DNA of 34,819 nucleotides from a virus (Duplodnaviria; Caudoviricetes): positions 1 through 34,819 of IMG/VR virus record IMGVR_UViG_3300005077_000063; one strand, written 5' to 3'. Of this stretch, positions 8,630 through 16,147 are shown piece after piece. Each line of letters opens with the position of its first letter. Positions within the stretch are counted from its first letter, which is position 1. A model generated the notes under the pieces. The model worked only from the letters and a program-made list of their open reading frames with translations, was not told the DNA's origin and did no database searches. A program made the translations under genes and the position numbers.

Positions 8630-8657
8630 ATTATACCACAGTATTGAGATGTTGCAA
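8630..8657 (-). promoter_or_regulatory. Leftward promoter
   Basis: Minus strand TTGCAA-16 nt-TATAAT with extended -10 (TGGTATAAT). Confidence 0.75.
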
Positions 8658-8667
8658 TAGGTTAGGC

Positions 8668-8676
8668 TGTGGATAA
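8668..8676 (-). promoter_or_regulatory. Perfect DnaA box
   Basis: TGTGGATAA is the reverse complement of TTATCCACA; it lies just upstream of the -35 element. Confidence 0.7.
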
Positions 8677-8735
8677 CTTCTATATCAATGATTTGGCTAT
8701 TGTTAGGGGAGAAAATGGAAATCTCCCCGTTGTTT

Positions 8736-8951
8736 TCAGACTCGGGACTCCAGCTCTTTTTTGAGAAACTTCCGAAGCTTGATCTTTTTGTAGCATTCTT
8801 TGCAGATGCCGTGAGATATTGGGACGGCTTCCGTAGCCTTCTTAACTCGGCACTCCTTCAGATTGCAGGTTTCACACAGCCTGTCTTTCTCCTGGTTGTC
8901 TGTCTTGCAGCCATAGATCCTTTGGCAGTCGATACATCCTCTTGCGATCAT
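8736..8951 (-). CDS. Small Cys-rich zinc-binding protein (71 aa)
   Basis: CxxC...C...CxxC...C...SHGICKEC motifs; SD GGGAGG upstream. Confidence 0.75.
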   Translation of the reverse strand: MIARGCIDCQRIYGCKTDNQEKDRLCETCNLKECRVKKATEAVPISHGICKECYKKIKLRKFLKKELESRV

Positions 8952-9117
8952 CGTTTTTCCTCCCTTCTTTGTTCAGGTTGATTTGCGGCCCAGCATGGTC
9001 AATGACGTTGATGTAAACCGTACATCCGGTAAGGCCGTAGAAGATCGCACCCCAGAAGAAGAAACAGAAGAAGATTGCCAGCATGAACCCCCAGTTGATG
9101 CGTTTAATCCGTTGCAT
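8872..9117 (-). CDS. Small membrane protein or possible lipoprotein (81 aa)
   Basis: MQRIKRINWGFMLAIFFCFFFWGAIFYGLTGC...: hydrophobic stretch ending in lipobox-like LTGC. SD AAGGAGG precedes the ATG at 9117. Confidence 0.6.
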   Translation of the reverse strand: MQRIKRINWGFMLAIFFCFFFWGAIFYGLTGCTVYINVIDHAGPQINLNKEGRKNDDRKRMYRLPKDLWLQDRQPGERQAV

Positions 9118-9274
9118 CGTACATCCTCCTTGTCCATTTGGCCTTGAGCCGTTTCTTGCGGTTTTTCTGTTTATTTCGCTGCTTGGTGACTCGCCAGTCC
9201 TTGAGTAGCTCAATGGCGATGAAGATGAGAAAGAATACTGCGATGATAGAGGCCAGTAGTGCTTTGGCTGTCAT
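9104..9274 (-). CDS. Small TM protein with basic tail (56 aa; not in ORF track)
   Basis: MTAKALLASIIAVFFLIFIAIELLKDWRVTKQRNKQKNRKKRLKAKWTRRMYDATD*; SD TAAGGAGG. Confidence 0.65.
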   Translation of the reverse strand: MTAKALLASIIAVFFLIFIAIELLKDWRVTKQRNKQKNRKKRLKAKWTRRMYDATD

Positions 9275-9308
9275 GTCTCCCTCCTTATTAGAATGAACGT
9301 ATATTAAT

Positions 9309-9346
9309 ATTATAACATGCCACTATTAGTGGAAGCGTGGTATAAT
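9309..9346. promoter_or_regulatory. Back-to-back extended -10 promoters around a palindrome
   Basis: TGTTATAAT on minus (9309-9317) and TGGTATAAT on plus (9338-9346), with CCACTA-T-TAGTGG (9320-9332) between them. Confidence 0.6.
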
Positions 9347-9352
9347 AGTGGT

Positions 9353-9766
9353 ATGGTATACATTCAAAGATGGAGCAATAATAAATATAGAAACGTTAAG
9401 CAGGAATACAACGGAGTCAGATATGACAGTAAAAAAGAAGCATACAAGGCTTATGAACTTGATTTGCTATTGAAGGCTGGAGAAATCAAAGGTTGGGATA
9501 GGCAAGTAAGATTGTCGTTCAATATCATGTATGAAAGAGGCAGGCCTGTTCTTACAGGTGAGAGAGCGAAAGATTTAAAGGAAAAGGGAAAGGTATTTTG
9601 GCACTTATGGGATTACCTAATAGATTTCGTAATTTATCACAATAACGGGAGCATAGAATATCTTGAAATTAAAGGACTAGAAACTCCCGAATGGAAGAAA
9701 AAATGGAAGCTTACTGAAGCCCTCTACAATGACCATCCGACTATATTCCTCACAGTAGAAAAATAG
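9353..9766 (+). CDS. DUF1064-like PD-(D/E)XK endonuclease
   Basis: NKYRN...YDSKKEA...LLLKAGEI...QV...YLIDF...EIKG...KKKWKL pattern. The start is probably the ATG at 9353, which would be leaderless from the adjacent -10. Confidence 0.8.
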   Translation: MVYIQRWSNNKYRNVKQEYNGVRYDSKKEAYKAYELDLLLKAGEIKGWDRQVRLSFNIMYERGRPVLTGERAKDLKEKGKVFWHLWDYLIDFVIYHNNGSIEYLEIKGLETPEWKKKWKLTEALYNDHPTIFLTVEK

Positions 9767-9839
9767 CCGTTATCTTCCCAATCTTTCCAATGCACATTCA
9801 AATTACATAAATCATACTGGACCTGAAAGGAGGTCTAGT

Positions 9840-10013
9840 ATGGGAAAGAAAAAGGTGTCGGTAAGCAGAGAGGTGTTGAGGTTTCCATTCACAATCTTAG
9901 AGGAAATGGGAGGGCAAATTGTAGGCAGGAAGAAACGGAAGAAGAAGAAATCAGGTGGTAATTCTTTTCACGTTCATTATCACTTCTATAAGGAAAGGAG
10001 AAGACGAAGATGA
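9840..10013 (+). CDS. Highly basic 57-aa protein (not in ORF track)
   Basis: MGKKKVSVSREVLRFPFTILEEMGGQIVGRKKRKKKKSGGNSFHVHYHFYKERRRRR*; consensus SD AAAGGAGGT. Confidence 0.6.
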   Translation: MGKKKVSVSREVLRFPFTILEEMGGQIVGRKKRKKKKSGGNSFHVHYHFYKERRRRR

Positions 10014-10141
10014 AACAGGCAACAGATGATTTCACGAAACAGGCCCAGGCGAAGTATGACGAGCTTCAGAAGAAGGAAGGCAATCAGCCAGATGCTGGAC
10101 TTTTTCTTGTAATGGATGAAAAGCAGGATGAGGGAACGTGA
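10010..10141 (+). CDS. Acidic 43-aa protein (not in ORF track)
   Basis: MKQATDDFTKQAQAKYDELQKKEGNQPDAGLFLVMDEKQDEGT*; ATGA overlap with the upstream gene and SD AAGGAG. Confidence 0.5.
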   Translation: MKQATDDFTKQAQAKYDELQKKEGNQPDAGLFLVMDEKQDEGT

Positions 10142-10150
10142 TTTATATCC

Positions 10151-10201
10151 TGTGGATAACTTTCGGTGCTTGCACTTTGTGGCAACCTCAAGTTTTCCAC
10201 A
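10151..10201. promoter_or_regulatory. DnaA box cluster
   Basis: TGTGGATAA (10151-10159, perfect), TGTGGCAAC (10178-10186, degenerate) and TTTTCCACA (10193-10201, fits TTWTNCACA), followed by AT-rich DNA. Confidence 0.65.
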
Positions 10202-10251
10202 GGATTTTCATTTTGGCTAACTTTAGTGCTTGGTTCTCGATATATAACCTA

Positions 10252-10279
10252 TTGCCTTTGCTAGCATATTTGATATAAT
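10252..10279 (+). promoter_or_regulatory. Early rightward promoter
   Basis: TTGCCT-16 nt-TATAAT with extended -10 TGATATAAT. It shares AACCTATTGC with the promoter at 8630-8657. Confidence 0.75.
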
Positions 10280-10308
10280 AATAGTAGATAAGAATTAAAC
10301 AAGTATTT

Positions 10309-10515
10309 ATGCCAGTAATATTTTCAAGAGTAGATAGGAGAACAAAAGAAGAATTTTCAAGAGCCTGCCAAATCACCCGCAAGTCTGAAAGCGAAACAGT
10401 AGCAGAGTTCGCCCACAAACACTCCCGCAAAATCCTAAAAGAACAAACCAGTCATTTCTCCTCTTCTAAGAAAGCAGGCTTCCTAGAAGCCGAAGGCTAC
10501 AAAGACAAAAACTAA
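10309..10515 (+). CDS. Ribbon-helix-helix-like regulator
   Basis: VIFSRVDRRTKEEFSRACQITRKSESETVAEF fits the RHH strand-helix-helix pattern; first gene after the promoter. Confidence 0.6.
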   Translation: MPVIFSRVDRRTKEEFSRACQITRKSESETVAEFAHKHSRKILKEQTSHFSSSKKAGFLEAEGYKDKN

Positions 10516-10569
10516 TTCACATAACTGACGGTTCGTCATAACGGAGTTTAGCGGGCCGTCGTAAAACGT

Positions 10570-11433
10570 ATGAAGCTTTACAACACGAAAGACCCCCAGG
10601 TGAAGCCATCGGTAGTCATGATGGTATACGGGGAAGGGGGAGTCGGCAAAAGTACATTCGCCTCAACCGCCTCAAAGCCGATCATGGCCGACTGTGAAAA
10701 TGGGGCCAAGTATTTCGGACTTCGAGGCATTTCAATGGACGTGGCCCTGATTGAAAAGTGGGCCGACATGAAAGAATTCTTGGCCCTTGTCCGAACAGGA
10801 GATTTTGACACCATCGTCATCGACCCGGTGGGCGACCTCATGGACAAGCTGAAACGGGCGATGATCGCGATGGGCGACAGAAAGCTTGTCCAGAAAGACG
10901 GAAGCCCGAGCATGGCCGGTTGGGGATGGTTAAAGAAAACCCTCCGCGACTACATCAAGATTCTGAGGGACACCGGTAAGCACGTAATCATTATTGCTCA
11001 TTTAAGCGAAGAAAAAGACGACGAGCGAATCGTCAAACGCCCAAAGGTCGAAACTAAGCTTTCGGATGACTTGGTAAACATGGTTGATATCGTCGGCTAC
11101 ATGACCGTGGTAAAGGAAGAAGGGGAAGACAAGAGAATCATCGTTGTTGATCCAGGCTCCGACAGATACACCGCCAAAGACAGAACCGGCCAGCTGGGAA
11201 GAGTCATCGAGCCGGACTTCCAGAAAATCGTCAAGGCCGTCCAGGGAACAGAAAAGTATATATGGAGCAAACAGCCCGCAACCTCAGTCCAGAAAGCTCC
11301 TGCAAAGACTGCTACTCAGTCAGTTGAGAAGAAGCCTGCCGAAGCTCCCGGTCCAAAACCATTGCAAAACAAGAAATTGAATGAGGCCAGAGAAAAACTC
11401 AATAAGGCTAGAGGTACAAGCAAAGCCGCTTAA
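10570..11433 (+). CDS. sak4: Sak4-like ssDNA-annealing ATPase (AAA_24)
   Basis: MMVYGEGGVGKSTFA Walker A, DCENG, TIVIDP Walker B, IIIAH, DIVGYM and AKDRTG motifs; adjacent exonuclease and SSB. Confidence 0.85.
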   Translation: MKLYNTKDPQVKPSVVMMVYGEGGVGKSTFASTASKPIMADCENGAKYFGLRGISMDVALIEKWADMKEFLALVRTGDFDTIVIDPVGDLMDKLKRAMIAMGDRKLVQKDGSPSMAGWGWLKKTLRDYIKILRDTGKHVIIIAHLSEEKDDERIVKRPKVETKLSDDLVNMVDIVGYMTVVKEEGEDKRIIVVDPGSDRYTAKDRTGQLGRVIEPDFQKIVKAVQGTEKYIWSKQPATSVQKAPAKTATQSVEKKPAEAPGPKPLQNKKLNEAREKLNKARGTSKAA

Positions 11434-11451
11434 TTCACTAACCATTCATAT

Positions 11452-12240
11452 ATGCCAACACAAAAGGAGACTCATTCACTCTACGGGGGAGAGGTAAAAA
11501 TCGACTTCTTCCCCACATCGCACCGCTACAAGCTCGCCGGAGGAAGAACCTATTTAATATCCGCCACGGCTTGCACAGGGGTAATCGACAAGTCCAGATT
11601 CTTGATTCCTTGGGCAGTCAACTTGGCCGGAACATTTCTTAGACAGTTCATTGAGAACGCCCAGAATACTCAATTTACCGCTGAGGAGCTTTTACCCGTT
11701 ATAGAGGAAGCCCTCAAACAGCACACTGTTAAAAAAGAGGAAGCAGGAAGCGTCGGAGACCTCATCCACGCTTGGGCAGAATCATTTGCCAAGTCGCAAA
11801 TCGAGGGCAGTCCAATGCCCGACATTTCCGAAGACCTGGACGAACGGGTAATCAACGGAATCAACGCTTTCCTCGACTGGTACAACTGCCACAAAGTCAA
11901 ATTCCTGCACGCTGAAAAAGTCCTCTATTCAAAGAAGCATGGCTTTGTGGGAACGGCGGACGCGGTTGCGGAAGTGGACGGTAGGAAGCTCTTACTGGAT
12001 TACAAAAGTGGAAAAGGCCTCTACAACGAATTCTATTACCAAGTGGCCGGGTACCGGCTTGCCTACGAGGAGGAATACGGCAAACTTGACGGGTCGATGA
12101 TACTTCACTTCGACAAGGAGACCGGAAACTTCACCGCCAAAGACATCAGCGATGAAGAATATAATCTAAATTATCCTGTCTTTCTCGCTTGTCTTGCAAT
12201 TAAGCAGAGAGAGAAGGAATTAACTAAATACGTAAACTAA
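11452..12240 (+). CDS. PD-(D/E)XK recombination exonuclease
   Basis: HRY...SAT...LIPWA...G-x-x-IH...E...GTAD...LLDYKSG...QVAGY motifs. Confidence 0.85.
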   Translation: MPTQKETHSLYGGEVKIDFFPTSHRYKLAGGRTYLISATACTGVIDKSRFLIPWAVNLAGTFLRQFIENAQNTQFTAEELLPVIEEALKQHTVKKEEAGSVGDLIHAWAESFAKSQIEGSPMPDISEDLDERVINGINAFLDWYNCHKVKFLHAEKVLYSKKHGFVGTADAVAEVDGRKLLLDYKSGKGLYNEFYYQVAGYRLAYEEEYGKLDGSMILHFDKETGNFTAKDISDEEYNLNYPVFLACLAIKQREKELTKYVN

Positions 12241-12244
12241 TCTT

Positions 12245-12529
12245 ATGGCAAAGAACACAAAAATTGGGGCCCTTTGGCTTAGAAAAAACGATAACGTCGG
12301 GCAATACCTATCAGGGGTATTGAACGATCTAAAGGAGGACATTGATATCGTAGCATTCAAGAACAAGAACAAAGGAGAGAACGGACCTGACTTCCTTATC
12401 TACCGCTCTCAGAAGCAGGAGAAGCAGACGGCATCAGCAAACGACCTCGTAATTGAGGATGAAAATACTCGGGATGGAATTGAACCGTCAGATGAGGAAA
12501 TAAATGTGGATGAAATCCCATTCAATTAG
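12245..12529 (+). CDS. SSB-like protein (DUF736-like fold, acidic tail)
   Basis: IGALW...YLSG...PDF motifs with C-terminal acidic tail EEINVDEIPF. Confidence 0.7.
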   Translation: MAKNTKIGALWLRKNDNVGQYLSGVLNDLKEDIDIVAFKNKNKGENGPDFLIYRSQKQEKQTASANDLVIEDENTRDGIEPSDEEINVDEIPFN

Positions 12530-12539
12530 AAAACAAAGG

Positions 12540-12576
12540 AATAGCTGGCCGGGGCTAACTGGCACCGGCTGGCTAT
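12540..12576. other. Intergenic hairpin
   Basis: GATAGCTGGCCGG...CCGGCTGGCTATC inverted repeat with G-U pairs on the plus strand. Confidence 0.5.
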
Positions 12577-12589
12577 CTCCATAAATCAT

Positions 12590-13012
12590 ATGAACAGCCC
12601 AACATTCATTGGAACAATCAAAGACGGAAAGTTCGCGCTTGAGAAGCCCGACTATTTCAAGAAATACATCCAGACCTTAGAGGGTAAGAAAATCAAGCTT
12701 TCCGTAAAACTCCACCGCAGAACCAGAACGACCGGGAAGATGAGCGACTCAAGCAATCAGAACGGACACCTCTGGGGAGTGGTTTACCCGATTTTATGCG
12801 ACTACTTTGGATACTCTCCGGACGAGATGCACCAGGCGATAAAGTGCAAATTCCTCAGAATTGGAGGAACGGACGACCTTCCGAAGATCCGGAGTTCTGC
12901 CACCCTGAATACCTTGGAATGGGAAGACCTGATGGAAAACATCCGCGTTTGGGCTTTAACCGATTACAACATTCAAATACCAACCGTCGCCGAATACTAT
13001 GGCGAGGAATAG
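12590..13012 (+). CDS. NinB/Orf-like recombination mediator
   Basis: QNGHLWGVVYPILCDYFGYSPDEMH...K..FL...SSATLNT.E pattern; located in the recombination module. Confidence 0.7.
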   Translation: MNSPTFIGTIKDGKFALEKPDYFKKYIQTLEGKKIKLSVKLHRRTRTTGKMSDSSNQNGHLWGVVYPILCDYFGYSPDEMHQAIKCKFLRIGGTDDLPKIRSSATLNTLEWEDLMENIRVWALTDYNIQIPTVAEYYGEE

Positions 13013-13044
13013 ACCTTTAAAAACATTCTTGTTAATAGACACCA

Positions 13045-13184
13045 GCCTTACCAGTCCGTCTTCTCCCATTTTAGCCCCAGCCCTAAGGCTATCAAGGCGA
13101 TGGATAACCCTGAAGGGTTACCCACACCTATGACAGCCTTGGGCTCCCAGAGGCTTTCCAAATGGGCGAGACGGACAGTAAGGC
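13045..13184 (+). other. 140-nt rod-like RNA hairpin
   Basis: Nested complementary blocks GCCTTAC/GTAAGGC, GTCCGTCT/AGACGGAC, CCCATTT/AAATGGG, AAGGCT/AGCCTT, TAACCCT/AGGGTTA. Confidence 0.7.
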
Positions 13185-13216
13185 AGTCCGAAAGTTAACT
13201 ATTAACAAGAAAAATT

Positions 13217-13822
13217 ATGTCAAACAAAAATCTTGACACAGCCTTGCGAGAGGTTTTGTCAGAAATCCGCCAAGGGCTGGCGGAAAAAGTAAAGGCCCTG
13301 TTTCAAACTGAATTAAACAAGGTGCAAAAGTCGAAGAAGCTGAACAGATTGGTAGAGAAAAAGGAAAGACTTCAAAAGGAACGCAGTGATCTAGAGAGAA
13401 AATATTTCAACGACAGGGAATTCCTTGACGCGAAAATTTGCGAGGCTCAGTCAGCAATTGATATCGTTGACGGAGTTAGTGAAGAATCACCCGAAGGAGA
13501 TGCAGATGTGATATTGGACGTTAATAAAATCGGCTACAGACCGACCAAATCGCAGATAGAGACCGCAAAGAATATTGAAAAATCACCCGAAGCGAAGAAT
13601 TATTTCAAGTTTCTAGATGTCGAGAAGAACACGAACACGATGTACAGCCTTGCCATAACAGCCAAGGAAAAAAGAAATATCATTTTCTCAATTCAATCGA
13701 GGGACTGGAGAAGCCTTGGCATAGAAGTCCCTCAACTTCCCTACTTTGAAAAATTCGATATAAAAGACGGGGAAATCAAGGTGCCGAAAACACCGCAAAT
13801 AGAGGCGAAATCAAAAGCCTAA
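13217..13822 (+). CDS. Hypothetical coiled-coil protein
   Basis: 201 aa ORF with A-rich leader; no recognisable motif. Confidence 0.7.
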   Translation: MSNKNLDTALREVLSEIRQGLAEKVKALFQTELNKVQKSKKLNRLVEKKERLQKERSDLERKYFNDREFLDAKICEAQSAIDIVDGVSEESPEGDADVILDVNKIGYRPTKSQIETAKNIEKSPEAKNYFKFLDVEKNTNTMYSLAITAKEKRNIIFSIQSRDWRSLGIEVPQLPYFEKFDIKDGEIKVPKTPQIEAKSKA

Positions 13823-13888
13823 ATTGATTGCCTCTGTCCGTCTCAAATAATTTTAAACATAGAAAATAAAAATAAAAATATAAAAACT

Positions 13889-14386
13889 ATGAAAACAAAA
13901 CACAACAAAACCTATGCTGGGAAACCTACTCAGCGTATCAAAAAAAGAAGAAGACTCGTCATTGCAGGGCTTATCATCACAGCCGTAATGACAGTGGCCA
14001 TAAATAAGGCCTATGCTTACCTATTTCAATGGGAAGCCCCAGAGATAAACATTTATCAGCCAAAGATTGAAAGTGAATTGGAAATCTACCCAAAAGAAGA
14101 ACCAATGAAAGAATGGGTATTGAAAACAGTCTACGAGGCAGGGCTCAACCCAGAAGAAATTGACTGCCTTATAGAGAATGAAAGCGGATGGAATGACTAC
14201 GCCTACAATGTAAATTGGCACAACGGCACAACCGATATGGGCTTATGGATGATCAACAGCATTCATAAGGGAACCATCGACGTTAGAGATAGGCTTGATT
14301 ACAAGAAGGCTACCTACTGGGCGATTGATAAAATCAAGAGAGATGGAAACTATAACGCTTGGTATGGATATTCTAAGTGTAAATAA
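13889..14386 (+). CDS. Lytic transglycosylase (SLT-like) with N-terminal signal anchor
   Basis: Basic N-terminus and TM helix, then IENESG (catalytic Glu), DMGLWMIN and NAW motifs. Confidence 0.8.
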   Translation: MKTKHNKTYAGKPTQRIKKRRRLVIAGLIITAVMTVAINKAYAYLFQWEAPEINIYQPKIESELEIYPKEEPMKEWVLKTVYEAGLNPEEIDCLIENESGWNDYAYNVNWHNGTTDMGLWMINSIHKGTIDVRDRLDYKKATYWAIDKIKRDGNYNAWYGYSKCK

Positions 14387-14387
14387 T

Positions 14388-14594
14388 ATGAAATTAGGAG
14401 AAAAACTTACAGCCGGGGTTTTGACTCATATTCTTATGTGGGCCACCCATTGCTCAAAAGATGAGAATTACAAATGGACGAAGACTGATGTCATGATTGC
14501 TTTATTGATAAAAACAGAAATTAGAAAGTTTGAACACGATAGATATATTGAGCAGAAGAATGAGAAAGTGAGAATACCTTTCCATTTAACTTAA
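14388..14594 (+). CDS. Hypothetical protein (68 aa)
   Basis: ATG at 14388, immediately after the SLT stop; operon spacing. Confidence 0.5.
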   Translation: MKLGEKLTAGVLTHILMWATHCSKDENYKWTKTDVMIALLIKTEIRKFEHDRYIEQKNEKVRIPFHLT

Positions 14595-14598
14595 ACAT

Positions 14599-14826
14599 AT
14601 GGGACAAGAAAGGAATACCCAACTTCAAACAATCAGGGATATGCTTATTTCTACGGGAAGTGTATCAAGAAATTGGTGCTTGCGGAATTACATATTAAGA
14701 CTCGGGGCGAGGATAAATGACCTCAAGAAAGAAGGACTTGATATTGACGGAAGATTCGTGGAAACCGAACACGGGAGAGACTATGTATATTATCTGAGAA
14801 AAAGAGAACAGACTTCAATGTTTTAA
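14599..14826 (+). CDS. Winged helix-turn-helix protein (HTH_39-like)
   Basis: LRLGARINDLKKEGLDI...YVYYL motif. Confidence 0.75.
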   Translation: MGQERNTQLQTIRDMLISTGSVSRNWCLRNYILRLGARINDLKKEGLDIDGRFVETEHGRDYVYYLRKREQTSMF

Positions 14827-14982
14827 CTGCCCACTTTCCCATCCCTCAAACCCGTCCTTCGCTTCCTCATCAAAACCTCAATTGATTTAGGTGGTTTGTT
14901 TTGATAAGTCTGCTACAGGATCGGTCAAAGCCTCTTTGATGAGGCTGTAAGGAATTTAGAACCCATTGAAATAATTGAACAA

Positions 14983-15657
14983 ATGACAGTAGACCTGTCA
15001 GATTTCCTTACCAAGTCAGCGACAAAGCCCCGTTTGGCTGAATGCCTTTGGATAATCGCCGAAGTGCGGTATGCCACCTGGGGGCAGATAAAGGCTCAGG
15101 AGGACGTATGGGTCCAGCATATCGCCACAAAAACCAAGATTTCCAAGCTTCTAGAGCTTGGATTTCTTGTTTTAAATCAAGAGGTTTATTCAGTTGGAGA
15201 GCAAGGTTTTACATTCCTAAAGGAACAGGGTTATAATACCGCCCACCTTCAGAAGCGTTTGAGGGCAGACGGAAGCTCCCACACACTTCAAATTACAGAG
15301 ATTTTGCTCTCTGTCAGGAAAGAGTCTCATTTTTTTACTGTTTTTTTTCCTACCTTTACAGAGCTTGAGCCAGACGCCTGCCTCGTTTTTAAGAAGGAAG
15401 ACGCCTACAAACTCGAATTTCTTGAAGTTGAGCGGACAGAAAAACGGGACGGATACCTGATCGAGAAGAAGAGGAAATATGAAGATCTTGCCCAAAGAAA
15501 AGAAACCTGGGAAAAGTGGTGGCGACATAATTCTAAAAAGCTCTCACTCCCGTTCTGCAAAAGAGAAGACTTCTGCTTCTCGGTCAGATGTTACGGAAAG
15601 TTCCGGGCAGAGTGGGAAGGATGGCGGTTCTGTCAACACCCTGAGAAAACAATATAG
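14983..15657 (+). CDS. Replication-relaxation (Replic_Relax)-like wHTH + PD-(D/E)XK nuclease
   Basis: N-terminal wHTH (ISKLLELGFL...YSVGEQG), then HTLQITE, PDA, FLEVERTE and K..KY motifs; T4CP-like ATPase in the same operon. Confidence 0.7.
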   Translation: MTVDLSDFLTKSATKPRLAECLWIIAEVRYATWGQIKAQEDVWVQHIATKTKISKLLELGFLVLNQEVYSVGEQGFTFLKEQGYNTAHLQKRLRADGSSHTLQITEILLSVRKESHFFTVFFPTFTELEPDACLVFKKEDAYKLEFLEVERTEKRDGYLIEKKRKYEDLAQRKETWEKWWRHNSKKLSLPFCKREDFCFSVRCYGKFRAEWEGWRFCQHPEKTI

Positions 15658-16147
15658 ATCTGCGAGATTGAATCTTGTTTTCAAGCATGTTCTAGTCGCC
15701 CTTTTTTTGTCTTACGTCGGTTTTCTTTCAATGTTTAAATGCCTCGCCTTACCAGAAGATGAAAGAATAAAGCTTCCACCAGACAATAGAACAATTTCTG
15801 ATGATTCAATAAAAATTTATTGGGGAGGATTAGGCGTTATTGGTTTGGCCGTTGCAGGTCTTATTTATTACTATGGATATAGAAAAGGCCAAATTAAGTT
15901 TAGTTTTATTTGTCCTCACTGTTTAAAGCAAGTCAATGCCCATGAGCTAACTTTTAATTGTCCTTTCTGCGAAAAACAGTATCAAGCCTCACAGCAAAAT
16001 ATGTATGATATGTTTCTAAAATGCCGAAACGAAGGTTGTAATTCAGAAATTCAATATATTCAATGTCCTCATGCTGACTGCCAACAGCCAATAAACTTAA
16101 TGGCTTATTACAACGAAAAAGAATTGAGAGCGAAACGATATGACTAA
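15479..16147 (+). CDS. Two-TM membrane protein with C-terminal multi-CxxC zinc ribbons (true start probably near 15660)
   Basis: Two hydrophobic segments followed by CPHC, CPFC, CRNEGC and CPHADC; AT-rich. Confidence 0.65.
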   Translation: MKILPKEKKPGKSGGDIILKSSHSRSAKEKTSASRSDVTESSGQSGKDGGSVNTLRKQYRSARLNLVFKHVLVALFLSYVGFLSMFKCLALPEDERIKLPPDNRTISDDSIKIYWGGLGVIGLAVAGLIYYYGYRKGQIKFSFICPHCLKQVNAHELTFNCPFCEKQYQASQQNMYDMFLKCRNEGCNSEIQYIQCPHADCQQPINLMAYYNEKELRAKRYD

